NCBI GenBank assembly: GCA_021432655.1
Contig: MU271238.1
Location: 1 to 64,000 of the forward strand
DNA from: Atractiella rhizophila
Lineage: Eukaryota
Length of the DNA stretch: 64,000 bases
Direction of reading: 5' to 3'
Shown here piece by piece: positions 10,783 to 23,868 of this stretch (the stretch's first letter is position 1; each line of letters begins with the position of its first letter). The position numbers and the translations under genes are program-made. The notes below the pieces were generated by a model that had not been told where the DNA came from, did not search any database, and was given only the letters and a program-made list of their open reading frames with translations.

Positions 10783-13700
10783 ATGGACCTTCCTTTCCGT
10801 CCCACTTCAGCATTCAGGACTCCAGTTTCGATACCTTTGATACCAGAAGACCCTTCCAGGGGGCACTTAGGCGACTGGGTTAAGAGAGTCAGAGAACTGC
10901 AGGATAGGGGTGATAAAGTAATCCAGGACGAGAACGAGAAACTGAAATCGGTTAGTGTTTCGATATTAGGATTTAGGGATGAACGTCGTTCGAGGCCGCA
11001 TGATTGGCAGGACGATAGATCGAAGAGCATAATCTCCAATGTTCGAGTCTTGACGTTGTTCGCTATGATTCCTATAATTTTGGGAGGTTCGAAGGCAAGC
11101 GACGCGGCAGTTACCATACAATACTGCAATTGCAAACCTTCTGCGTTCCCTCTGTTCGGAGAAATAATCTTTCATCTCCTGAGCATTAACCAATGCTGAA
11201 CATATTGGGAGCAAGCGTTTTCCAGTCATTTGAGTCTCCATGTCAAGCTACAGTTGAATCTACAAGGCTCAGAGACCTCGAGCCCCTGGAATGAGAACGA
11301 CTTTACCAATCGATGAAGCTCTACATAGAAGCTTTCTCAACATGTAAAATCGATAATGGGGGTGAATGCCGAAGCAATGAGCACTTTAAGCAGCTTGTTT
11401 TATCAATATTTTACAGACTGTTTTTCTTGACTTGAAAACTTGTTGAAACGACACTCATACAGAGTAAAGGAAATCCAAGCTTCCCGTCGCGAACGAGAAC
11501 GCCGACGTACAAATTCAGCCTTCATCCAGTCGTCGCCCAGTCTTCGTTCTCCATCAGCCGACTCCTCATCAACATTTGCAACCACGCCGCAGTCTACGTT
11601 TGAAAGTCTCACAGCACCGAAAAGCGTTTTCTTGCCGTCGTCTGCACCATCATCCTCTGTCAACGGCTCCTCTCTCCCCCCGCCTTCACCAAGTAGAAGC
11701 ACTTATATAACAACTTCACCTACCCGGTCTACTTTTACAAGCCCAACTCCAACCGTACTCTCTCCGACGAGAAGCACATTCGCTTCCGTACCTCTCACTC
11801 CGACAACTCCTACCCGTTCAACGCCAGCTCGAGCGCTTCCTACTCCTCCGAGATCAACAACCTCCACTCCTTTGCGCTCACGTGCGAATTCCTCACCCAT
11901 TAAACCTCCAACACACCCGTCCACCAACACCGGATCGCTCACTCCCAACAACAATCGCAACATGGCAGCACGGTTTACGCCTTCCGCCAATCCTGCAGGG
12001 GGAAATAAAGCTACGCCGCAATCTCTCGCGACTTTCATGGGTGGAAGACTTGAGAAGGCGCCATTGCACAAGCTCAAAAATGCCGACGAAGACTTGGAGG
12101 TCCCCGTCATAGATTGGAAGCCAAAGAATGGAGCTCCTGGCCCTCTTGGTGGAGGGGGAGGGCCGATGGGAAGGTCATTGGCAGATATGATCGGTGGACA
12201 AGCTGATAAGGCGCGACTCAATAAATACATGGTAGAACCTACGAATGAGAGGGGTGGCAGCGCACATGCCACTTCGAAAGCTCCAGTCGCAATGCCAGGA
12301 ATGACGCCGCCAGCGCCGATAACTGTTCCCACGCCGGGAATGGGAATGTCTGCTCCTGCACCTAAGAGCCCGAAGATGATGCAGACGGTGGAGAAATTAG
12401 AAGGAATGGTGGAGAAGGACGACTTTGCGTTGTCGAATGCCGGCAGCAGCGGAAATGGGAGGACAGTGGGAAAGCTTGGGATACCATCTGCTTTTACCAA
12501 GACCCCGGAAACCTCCACCCCCTCTCCTGCCCCTTCTACACCGTTCAGTCGTCCTGATCCGGAGAAAGGTGGTTTTGTTCGAAGTCACGTCAAAAAAATG
12601 TCACTCGAAGTCCAGAGCCCGCTACCACCTGGGCCGACTCCGAGAAGGAACTCTCAATCCCAACCAAATCAGGCAGTGTCTGCTGCTCCATCAACTATCA
12701 AGAAAGCACCATCGTTTTCAGAGAACGTTTCTTCGCCAACACCGACAAAGAAGCCCTCTTTCTCAGAGAGTCGGCCACTTCCTTCTCCCTCCGTCGGGTT
12801 AGCCAAACCGCCTTCTCAAAACAGTATCACCGACCTACGATCGACCTCCCCTCAGCCCTTGTCGACGACTCCCGTCACTCCAGTTCCCAAGAAGATGCCA
12901 TCTTTCTCTGAGGCACGACCACTCCCAGCCCCAGCTGTTGGATTGTCGAAACCACTTTCGTCTCCCGAACCGCCGAAAGGGTCCACGTTCGCATTTGTGC
13001 CCAACACCACTCCTGCACCTGCGTTTCAGAGGCAAGATTCCACTAAGGACGACACGCCGAGCTTGACGAGACTGAAGGGAAGCAATATAGTGAAACAACG
13101 GCTTGGAGCTTGGGGTAATCCACCAGATAGCCCTTCTGAGAAGCGTGTGATGAAACCTACGCCACTGAAAAACTGGGAGAAGAGCGCGAGTATTCCTAAA
13201 CTTGCGGATATCTATGGTGAACAGAAGGAAGAACCGAAGACGTTGTTGGCAGAGCCTCCCGAGAAGTCAAGGAACGATGAGGAGCAATTGTGGCTAGATG
13301 AGGGGAAGGGGAAGTCTCCCAGTTTAGGTCCACTAGAAAGCACCTCAGGAACCTCTCTCGTCCATGTAAGCTTGATCAAATCTGCGGAGACTATCTCTGA
13401 TTGTAAAATAGTTGACGAAAGGGCGAGCTCGTGGTCCGAAAAGATCCTCTGCTCAGTCCTCTCATCCAAAAACGACCACAACGCTAGCGGAGGAACCTAT
13501 AGCCGTTCCTGAAGAACCTCGACCTCAGGCGACGAATGCTGAGCCGCCGGTTCCTGTCAGCAATGTTCCAGTTGGTATCAAAGCTAGATGGGGCGATCAA
13601 GCGCCGATCGGGGTCAAGCAGACATCTGCACCGTCTAGGATGGGGGATGCGTTTAAACCGCCTGTCTCCAGCGTCAAGGGGGTCGCCCTTCCAGGCCTCA

Positions 13701-15643
13701 CAGCCAGCCGGCCTCTGCCTATCCCCAAGAAGACGTCAACGGACTCATTTACCCCTTTCACAACTGGACGGCAGCTGCCTACCCCGTCGCCGCAGCCACT
13801 GCAACCGCCATCACCTCATCAACTAGGTCGCCCGCTCCCTAGCCCAACCCCGACGTCTCGACCACTCCCAATCCCCACTTCAGAACAGAACCCTCTGCCC
13901 TCAGATTCACATATCGGCGACTTGCGAACTAGGTCAACATTCAAGGCTGCGACTCCTTCCCCCTCTTTGTCACAAGATATCCCGAATCGCTCGAACGTGA
14001 AGGATGCAGTGTCTAGTTGGGGAAAACAAGGATCTACTGCTCCCACTCTGCCTGGGGAACTGATGGCGAGAGACGACATGACTGCACCAGGTGGCGCTGT
14101 GCTTCAACGCCAGAAATCGAAGCAGAGCTTCTCTGTTCAACGAACGGTCAGCGCACAGGATGATGCTACTTTCAAAGGTACAAGTGGTCCTTGCACTTTA
14201 TCACGTTTGTACTGATTGATCCCTTGACAGTTCCACCAATCGGACGGTTGCCCACGACTAATATACAAACATTCTATCTGAGACGTCCATTACCCAGCAC
14301 TGACTATGGCACAACGATATCTACCGAAAGCTTCGCGATCAGTGCCTCTACCTCAGTCCCAGTGCCGCATGATCCAGCTACTTTCTACGAGTCGGAACTT
14401 ATCGCCATCGTCCATCGATACAAAAAGGACACGTTGGCCAACACTAGAGTGTTCTCCTGGCAGGGCCTGCGATGGCACGACGACGGCAAGGCAAAGAAAC
14501 GTTTGGGAGAGTTAGCCGCAAGATACAGAGCCACGATCATTCCAGTTCTTCAAGGAAGAGAATCTGCGGAATTGCTTCAAATAATTGGTGGTCGGCTTAT
14601 CACTCGAAATGTGAGTTGGCCCATTTCCAAACTCTAGTTGCTGAACTCCTTGTTAGGGCGATCGAGATCATTTCGACCCATTGAACAGTGGCATGTACTG
14701 CGTGCGAGCGCACCTCGGCGGAGTCGTTATTGATGAAGTACCCCTTCAAGCAGCAGCACTATCCTCTGCAGCATCGTTCGTTATTTGCTTGCTTTCTCAG
14801 AGAACTGTTTGGTATGTCTCTTCTCTCATCTTTGATTTGACTTTAGCTAACACCTTTGTTGAGGCACGGGAAGGCAGCGTCGCAAGCAGAACGAGCAGCT
14901 GCTGAACAATACGCCAGGTCCTTGAACGGTGACACATTAACCATCGTCGAGGAAGGACGCGAACCTCCTATATTCTGGCAAATGTTGGAATATGAGGATT
15001 ATGCGTCTGCCTCTGTGAGAAACAATTCTCTTTTTTTGCCAACGTTCTCTAACTTGTTGTAGCACTGGCGTTTCAATAAATCACGCTCATCCCCCAAATT
15101 GTTCTCATTTGCGTCCGGAAAACCGTCGGTGAGTACCATCAGCACCACTCCTCCTCCGTCTGCTGACAGATTTCAGGAGCTTGATGGACAATCCGAGCCT
15201 TCTCTTCCCCGGGACACAGTTCTCCTTTACGATACTGGCCTCGAGATCTTTGTCGTCGTCCCGCCTGCTTGCCGTGGTCAAAGGCTGCATATCGCCACCG
15301 CTTTACAAGCAGGCAAAGATCTCGCGATGCACACACAAGACTTACGTCCCTTCAAATCGCCAGTCCACGCACTCGTCCTTCCATCAGTCATCCCAAAGGA
15401 CTTGGAATTCGTCGCCCGAGGTATTGAGTGGAGCTCGCTCGTAAGATCTTCCTGTCCTCGTCGAGTCAGCAATCTAACTACCGAGCGCAGAACGAGCAGC
15501 AAACAGCGACGAAGATGAACCTTTTTTCTCTCGCTGACGCCGAGGACCTTCTTTCGCGTAACGAGTTTTCCTATCAAGAATGTCGCGACGTCAACTTTCT
15601 ACCTCTGGGAATCGGGCCTGAGGACTTGAAGAAGGCCATTTGA
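10783..15643 (+). CDS. Large Pro/Ser-rich protein with C-terminal gelsolin/villin-like repeats (actin-binding)
   Basis: Long low-complexity ORFs 11440-13512 and 13412-14215 with LxHLTKxRARGPK-like and PSLTRLKG motifs. C-terminal exons 'TFYESELIAIVHRY..VFSWQG..VLQGRESAELLQIIGG', 'VEEGREPPIFWQML', 'VLLYDTGLEIFVVV'. Exon 1 (10783-10950) is inferred. Confidence 0.75.
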
Positions 15644-15991
15644 GCGAGTTTATGCAATTTGTTGTCTTTGATTTATCCTGGTATGAATATTTGTTGTCTT
15701 GGTTTGTTGGTGGTGAAACCATGCACCCTTACAGTATTATTTGTAGCAGTGCTTTCGTACCAATTGCTTCCTAAATGAGAATGCAAATTTGCAAACCTGT
15801 CAAAAGGAGGAAGGGAATCCGATCACACACGAGTAGAAGAAGAGAACCGAAACATGCGAGTAGAGTCGAGACAGTGCGAAAGAAGGGAATAACTTGTTGA
15901 AAAATGATAAAAGTATGTGCAGAAAATCTCTCTGAAATTGTCTTAAACTGCATACTGTTCGAAAAAAAAAAAGCAAGAAACCCAGGTGCTG

Positions 15992-17314
15992 TTATAAGTC
16001 ATCTGCAGGTCTTCGACCAAGAGATGGGCTGGCACCCAGATTGACGGGAGGAGGTGGATTTGTGGGTGATGCCCTCCGGTAGAGGGCAGAGGTGGAATCG
16101 ATCGAACATCGCGATCGTTTCTTGTCTCGTTGATCGATGTCGTATAGACTGGAGGGTGTGGACGGACCGCATGGAAAAGTCATCGTTGGCAGTGGGGGTA
16201 GACGTGAAGGAGAAAATGAGGTTGAGGAAACACTCGAAGATGGCTTGTCAACGGAGTTCTTCGAGGCGTTGAAGGTGAGACGTCGTTTGAGACTTTCAAT
16301 CTCCCTCTTTGAAGCTTCTACTTCACCGAGCAACCGTCCCCTTTCTCTCTCCCACTCGCACTCTTTCCTCTCCCAACGCAGACGCTCATCCTCCCAAACA
16401 TCCCTCTCCGTCGTACTTATGATGGACGTCTCCAACTCTTTGATACGGTTGACGAGAACGGCTTCGCGTGTACTGTATGCATCTAGCTGTTGCGAACGTC
16501 GCTCGAGCTCTTTGACGTAAGCTTCTCTTCGCTCACGAAACGCACGTTGTGCAACGTGCTTATGATAGACGTCTCCAATTCTTTGATACGGTTGACGAGG
16601 ACGGCTTCGCGTGTGCTGTATGCATCTAGTTGTTGAGAACGTCGCTCGAGCTCTTTGACGTAAGCTTCTCTTCGCTCACGAAACGCACGTTGTGCAGCCC
16701 GATTCTGTGCCGCTCGTTCTATGCGTTATGAAACACATTAACAGAGAACGAATTCATTTGAGAGACAACATACTGGTATTCTTGAGCGGGCGAACCAATT
16801 TCCCTTTCCCTTTGGAATCATCTCCGTCTGCTAGGTGATCCCCTTCTTCCTCCTTCACTTCCGTATTACTGTCTGGGCTTCCCGCTGCCCCTACGCTGGC
16901 GTCGACGTCCATTTCATCCTTTCCTTCCTCCTCTGAACCAGAAGCGCGACTAGACAACAATGCTGATTCGTCCAGCTTGGAGACGACGGACGACGCAGAG
17001 GGAGAGGGAGCTCGGACGGATTGTTGGGAGAACGAAGAACGAGGACTTTTCATGTTGATGGGCTGAGTTTGTGAGTTAGGACGGATTGTTGGTGGCAGAG
17101 GGGGCATTTCAAAAGGTGCACAGGATTGGAGAATGGAGGCAGCTGGTGAAGTGTAGAATTGAGGGGCGTAGAGAGATGCTGATCCGACTTTGTTAGCCAT
17201 AAGCGTGAGTTGTGAGATTGTTTGTTTCGATGCTGCAGTGGTGGATTCGAGCACGCTTGGATGTGGGCGAGGGGTGTCGGAGGCGACTGGAAGAGACGTG
17301 GTAACGACGGGCAT
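15992..17314 (-). CDS. bZIP transcription factor (Yap/AP-1-type basic region); frameshifted as assembled
   Basis: After the intron: KRAAQNRAAQRAFRERREAYVKELE plus coiled coil. A 143-bp internal duplication shifts the frame, giving TAG at 16483-16485; the normal C-terminus is ORF 15992-16435. Confidence 0.85.
16412..16696. repeat. 143-bp tandem duplication covering the bZIP basic/zipper region
   Basis: 'ttatgat(g/a)gacgtctccaa...cgcacgttgtgca' occurs at 16417 and 16560 (period 143). Confidence 0.95.
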
Positions 17315-18957
17315 TATTTGTCTCCCAGGCAAGCGTTATATCGAAGAGACTTTGTATCGGGATCTATGAAAAGGGCCACCGGTCCATCGTCAGCAACTGG
17401 CGCGAATCAACGTATTCAGCGGCGGCGACAGAGCGTCTAATTCTAATTGAAGGGAAATAAAAGCACGAGACGGCTGGAGCCGCTCTTAAGCATCCTCGGC
17501 AATTATCTGCGCTGACAACGCCACCGTTAGAGTTCACTCCATCCCCTCCACTCGCTTGCTCGGGCGGGATGGTCTTTGGTCTCGCTGACACATCCGTGTT
17601 ATGGAAGGAGCCGGAGGCTGATTATGAGTTATGGCCGAACAAGTGTCGGCTTTATCGAGCACGCGGGGATTTTGGTTCACGAAATACTGTCTTGTCCTGC
17701 ATGAGACCCCGCTTTTCCTGCACTCGATTCCTGCCACCAACAAACTCGATAATTGGCAGCATAGACGCGTCTCCCTGCCGCTGCAATCCTTCAGACTGCT
17801 TGCGGTCGACTGGCCGTGTCCACCGATGTCCAATCAACTGAAAACTGCTGCACTGGCAACTCACTCTCGCTTCGAGTTTGTTACGTACGTAGATGGGAGA
17901 TAAGAAAGAGATGAAAACGCTCACCAAACTGCTCTGTTCTTATCCGAGGACCAAGTCACAGATATAAGCTCTAGCGAGTCAGTTCGAGGGAGCTGTGACT
18001 AGTGATTTGAGGTGGCAAACGCTTGATAACTCAAGGCAAAGGTGTCGAAACGAAAAGAAAGGTGGACGTTTTATATGCCGATCCACGGCGGCATGATTTT
18101 GTGTTCTGGTCAGCATTCAACATGTCGCGCATAAGCTCATAAGCGGAAGTAAGATGGAGAGCGATGTGAACAAGAAGATGGCCTTATGTAACGCTCTGCC
18201 TGCGATAGGCTAAGGTAAACTTGAACAAAAACGTAAAACGACACCACCATGACCACCTCCTTTCTGCCTCGATAATCGAACCCGAATGCCTGTCCGAAAC
18301 CCTCTTATCCATGTCCCGCAGGAAATGCATGACAAATCGCTGCTGAGCTCGGACAGGCGCCAGGAACCTCCTGTTTTCATTGAATACTCAGACTACTGAT
18401 GATTGATCAATGACCCGAACGCCTCGCTCGCTACCATAGCCATGGAGCAAAGCACGTATGCGCGGGACACGGCAGAATTGAAGTGAAAAAATGAATGTAA
18501 GCTGTTGAATGCAGTGATGGCTTGACCATATACTATCATAAAAGTAAACGAAGCGTCTCGTACTACTCATGATGCCAATCACTTTCCTAACGACTGAGAC
18601 GAGTGAGGAGCTGCGTGATTGAATCGGTTCTTCCGTGCCATTACTCTGAATACCTCCTCCTCATTCCGATGTAAGGAACGGATCCGAACGGAGCCGAAAG
18701 GTCTTCAAACTTGTAAAATCACGTGACAAAGTGTCCACGATTTTCTCACGTTATTTCGTTATTTCGAAATACACCATGCAGTCAGATCAGGTCCGAGTCA
18801 GATTGTCATCAAGATAGGCCACCTTCCATCATGTCATGGTACATTATTTGTCAGAGCAGTCAAATCTGATTCTAGTACAGCAGCTCTGAATCTGAACCGA
18901 AATCTGTGCGGTTAGAGCCTGTCTAAAGCCATCGATTCGAGCGTGAAAGGAGCCTCC

Positions 18958-21405
18958 TCATAGTTTTGCCTTGTGTTTCAAATTATTGAGTGCCTCCTGC
19001 TTGAGCTGTCTTGTCAGTTTCTTGCCGGATGGAACGGCGGGTATCGCATCAATCTAATGCCGGATGTGTTATCAGTCCAAGATTAATTACTGAGAGAGAA
19101 GTTGGAGTTAATGGACATACGATGATGACCTCCTTCAACCATTTGTGCTTAGCTAACTTTGACTTTACCGCCTCCTTGATCCTTTCCTTCGCCTTCGCCT
19201 CACCCATCTTCTTTCCGCCTTCCTCGAGCACAACCCAAGCCCATGCTTCTTCTCCTGTTGCGGGGTCTTGCGAGGGCATCCCTGCTACAGCTGAGTCGAA
19301 GACGAAGGGAAGTTGATTGATCACAGCAATGATTTCTGTCGGCGTCACTTGCAGTCCTGCTCGCCGAGTGAGGTCTATCACGAGAGATAGAAACGCATGC
19401 GAACCTTTGGACTTGAACACCTCCTTCAGTCTGTCCATGTACCTACAGTTTCGTTTAGTGCCCCCAAATGCGTGAAACTTCAAACAGAAGAGTACCAGAG
19501 AAACCCTTTCTCATCCAACTTGAACTCATCCCCAGTCCTGAGCCACCTCGATCCTCCCTCCCATACGAACGCAGATTCGTTAGCTTTCGGGTCGCCATAA
19601 CCAAGCATCACTTGTGGTCCACGCAGGAGCAGTTCACCAGCCTTCCCAGAACCCAATGGAATGTCCTTCCCCGTCTCTGGATCAACGATACGTCCATCCA
19701 GACCCGGGATAAGGACTCCAATGGCTTCGACTGGGGAAGGTCCACATTTCATTCCTAGAGATCGAAACTAAGTGAGAGAAAGAAAATGAAAGAAAGCAAG
19801 TCCAACCTTCGATCGCGGCTGATGCACAGGCGACCACACATTCTGACATCCCATGCCTGCAGCTTCCCAGTCATCCACCATCCTCAGGCACGACAGGCAT
19901 GGACGAACGCACCCGTTCGAGGCTTTCAGCCTAATTCCGTTCCCACCTCCAGCTCCACGTTCCGTCAAAACGTCTTCCAACTTGGCCCTCATCTCCGGCG
20001 AGAGGTAGGCCGCACCGCACACTATCCATGTAATGTTTATCAGCCACATCTGCAGGGAGTGCATTCGAATTCTAAGAGACACACGTAAACCCCTGATTGT
20101 GCTCAGATCGGTCTTCTTCACCAGAGGGGAATGTATTAACTGCACTGCGATAGTGGGGACGATGGCAAGGAAATTGACTTTGTAATGCTCAATGTTCTGG
20201 AGTGCCTTGGAGATGTTCCACGATGACGTGATAATGTTGGTGGTAGGAACAAGGCACGGGCGGACGCAGTTGTAAAGCAGACCGAAAGCATGATACACTG
20301 CACGTTCCGAAAGTAAACGACGGTCGACTAAAAGGAGGAAGACGAACTGGGCAAGAAACCTAGAGTTATCGTCCGTTCGGAAGGGTCCATGGCTGGCTTT
20401 TGACCAATCGAAAGCGTCTATACGAGACTGGATGATTATTGGTGTGAGAACATGTGAGAAGTTACTCACAGCCTCAATCGATTTCTCCGTATAGGTCTTG
20501 TTTGACAACAGGTATGCCAACACATTCCGATGGGTGATCTGAACCGCTTTGGGCATCGCAGTTGTACCTTTAACCATCTCATGTCAGATCCTTTTATGTC
20601 TTTTAACTTTGAATAAGCTAACCAGAGGAGAAGACAACCCAAGCCAGTTTGCACTTGGGTACAGTTGCTGGTGGAAGTGGTTTCAACCCTTTGCCCTTCT
20701 CGACCAGCTGCGGAAGAGTGGGAAAGTCCTCCTGAGGATCGTTGTCCATCAACACGATTGGAATGTGCTGTTTAAAAGCTGAACGAGCAGCAAGTGCTGT
20801 GCGAAGGAGAGAAGGGTGGACAACGATGGCTGTTATGCTCCCTGTTCTAATGAAATGCTCTACCTGCATTTGTCCATTCAGGTGAAAGTAAAAGAAAAGG
20901 ACGGGAGAGACAAACCTCTAGCACTTTAGAAGCACTGCTCATAGCCGCAAATGGTACTCCAATCTGCAGTGATGCAATAACGACTGTCGGATAGTCTAGG
21001 TGGTTTGGAGACAGAATCCCAATCGTTTTTGGCGCGGCATCTTCCTTGCAAGATGCGATTGAAGGGATAGTGAGAAGCGCGCGTCCGAGGTATTCTGCCC
21101 TTTGAAACTGACCCTGGAGCGTAATTGATTCTCTCTGGTACCATTCACAGTTGAGACTTGGACTCCGGACGGGTTAGTGACAATACAAACCGTCAACCCA
21201 TCAATCCATGTCGGAATTGTCGAAGTGAACCGCTCGTCTAACGATATTAGGTCAATCCCTTTCACTTTCTCCTGTCATGAAATGTCCAAGTACCTGTTGG
21301 ATCACCCTTCAGAGCATGGTAAGCATTCACGTTTTCCGGCACCTCGACAGGGAGAGCCCAAGGTGACTTGTAGACAATTAGCCCATTTTCTCGTACTACT
21401 TCCAT
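18958..21405 (-). CDS. AMP-dependent acyl-CoA synthetase, 4-coumarate-CoA-ligase-like, with PTS1 (-AKL)
   Basis: FSSG/TTAMPKAVQITHRN P-loop, CGAAYL, GELLLRGPQVMLGY, WLRTGD, DRLKEVFKSKG, PSGK; ends ..KHKAKL*. 5' end uncertain. Confidence 0.85.
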
Positions 21406-22357
21406 CTTGCTTTGTCCCAACTTGTACCAGTATTCCTCACAAGCTCTACAAGGGACAGCGAGAGTCCCCGCAGAAGGTGTTCGGACGTATTTATACCCCG
21501 CGTCGACGATGCGGAGACGGCATCTCCATAACCGTATTGCTCATGAGGCTTCTGCAAAAAGGAAGCCATGGTTGCCAGTTGTATGAAGGAAAGTTCACGG
21601 AGGGGTATGGGAATGGTTACTGGAATGGTTATTGAGGTATCCAAGAAAGCCCGAAGAGACCGCCAGCGGTCGATCATCCAGGTTGAACCGTAGGCCGCAG
21701 GAAGAAAGTGAGTGTGAGGCAGCGTGTGTCTTCAGTGCAGACAGTCGCCGTTATTGTGCCTGTAGATGTGTGGAGTTGTTTCGTTCTCAATTTTGAAATA
21801 AGCTGGTGGAGCATCGCCGCCACGCGCTGGCAGACACTTGAACTTTTGAATTGTGAATGCATCTGGTATGGTAGCCCTTGTCGTTGCATCACGGCCAATC
21901 TGTGCAGGTGCTGTGTTGGAAAGAAGTACATACCACAGCATCCCTTAATATTAAAGTTCTGTCTTGTTCGCATTTTCCAAATCCCTTCAAGTTGGTCTTG
22001 ACTTTCCGAGAGGGACATATCAAGTGTTTGATGATACAATTTGTCGCCTTGACTTTTGTTCTGTACACTGGTTAACCTCTACGTTGACCACTTTGCCACT
22101 CCGATTTTTCAGGACATGCTTAGCAGTTGTTCAAAGGGCAGCTAGCTTCTCTATTACTATCTCTTTGGGCAGTTGGACGAAGATTTCGTCAGGATAGATT
22201 ATACTGAGGAAGGTGTCCAGTGAATGTAAATTATTGAGGCACAGTGGCATTTACTAGCATCCATGCACAGGCCAATTTGACAGGCTCGTCGAATTTGACA
22301 GACACGAACAATACCCCATCAATGAATATGTACTGTTCTTGGAGCTTCACCCTTCAT

Positions 22358-22783
22358 TCAAGTCAGAGAAATGCAGCAAGGAAGCAAAAGTTGGTCCCGA
22401 ACCTGTTTCTTTCTCTTTTGAACAATCGCTCCATTACTAGGACCCTTGAGCCTTTCGAGCTCACTCACGGCGGTTGTCTTCTTCCGTGGGCTCGAATCCT
22501 TCTCCTTTGAAATCCTCTTTTTCCTCAAGCTCGGTTTGTCCCCTTTAGTCCCGTTTTCATCCATGGTGACCTCCTCCATTAATGTGGGAAGTTTGGTCAT
22601 TTGAAACTCCTGCACCTTCCAAGGAGAAGGAGGCACAGGCGCATCTGATCGTCGCCTCCGTTCTTCAGACCGTTCGGAGGATAAAGTGAGCGAAGGAGGT
22701 CGCAGTGACTGGTGGAGTAACCCAGGTGCTATTTGAGAGCTTGGGATTGTGAAGGTCTTGGAGGAGGTGGAGGAGGCTGACAT
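22358..22783 (-). CDS. Hypothetical basic low-complexity protein (possible first exon)
   Basis: ATG-initiated Ser/Lys-rich ORF followed by a plausible donor/branch/acceptor; no recognisable domain. Confidence 0.3.
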   Translation of the reverse strand: MSASSTSSKTFTIPSSQIAPGLLHQSLRPPSLTLSSERSEERRRRSDAPVPPSPWKVQEFQMTKLPTLMEEVTMDENGTKGDKPSLRKKRISKEKDSSPRKKTTAVSELERLKGPSNGAIVQKRKKQVRDQLLLPCCISLT

Positions 22784-23868
22784 GTCGCTTTGGCTTTGTG
22801 GGATGTGGGAGCAACGCTCAAAGGTCGTGCGTCTGCTCCCTTTATTGTTCCATGAACGAGCGCATTCATTCAGTTTCTTTGTTCTCACCAACAAGGGTCA
22901 AAACCCTTGTTGTCATGCCTTGACCACGCACTCTTACTCTTTGCTTCCACCTCGCAGTATTAAGGTTATGAACTTTGTTCCGAGGAGGGAAGTAACTGGA
23001 GGCCAACGCACAGTTACAGTAGTCAGCAATGCTTCTGCCTTGGCGTGACGGTGCTTGACGTTTTCCAAATTCAAATTCCATAGTTCAGCATTCGAAGTGG
23101 AATCTACCACAACCATCAACAGTCTCGCGCTCTATTTACTTTGGTGTCGGGTTATTCTGCAAAGATATCTGGCGGTTAGTTGCAGTAGCACATCATGATG
23201 ATAGTAAGAATGGAAACTTGTTAAAACGACATATGACCCATGCAAATAATAACGAAATAGGGCAACCAACCATCCCGGGTGAAATCACCGTTGGTGGCGC
23301 CGTAGGGGAAGCATGAAAAACAAGGATGAAAGGGGAAAATGGTTTGCACAAGATGAAAGAACAAAGTAGGCGGGAGTGTGGATTTGGTCGAGATATTATT
23401 TCCTGGGAAATGTTAGTATTCAGTCTACTTACTTTTGTAAAATCCTCGTCCACAGTCAACGATCACTGACTAGCGGAAGGGTACTTAACCTTTGGTGCCA
23501 TGCCATCCTCTTGGTCCAGGCGCATGTACGCTCATCAGAGTAGTCTTCTAAAGCGTATTTTTAACACTGCTTGAAATCGAGGAACAACTCGAAGCGCAGC
23601 ACCCCCGATGAAAGAAGAGTGGGTAGCAGGAAAGAAACCCGAGAATGTCAAGGTAGACGGCCACTGGGAAGAGAATGGTTTGATAGTCGCTGACGTCCGC
23701 CAGGGAACAAGGTTCCAAGGACTGTGTTAGTCGAGCGAGAAGTTCAGAGCAAAGAAGTGAAAGAAAATTGTCGAGATGGAGATGCAAGGTGATGAAATCG
23801 CGATGTTCTCTTCGATCCTTTAGACCGATCGTGAACCTTGTGATCCTTCAGATCGCTTGTCCTGCGCA

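Noticed and set aside
11703..12518. Long antisense ORFs (also 37551-37967, 47145-47603, 50805-51509)
   Set aside because: Shadows of real genes on the opposite strand.
18550..18605. Box C/D snoRNA-like pattern (atgatg..ctga with a cgtctc/gagacg stem)
   Set aside because: Too short, imperfect C box, no recognisable rRNA guide.
21396..22350. Possible decayed pseudogene on the minus strand with in-frame TGA stops
   Set aside because: Stop density is near random expectation and no domain is recognisable.
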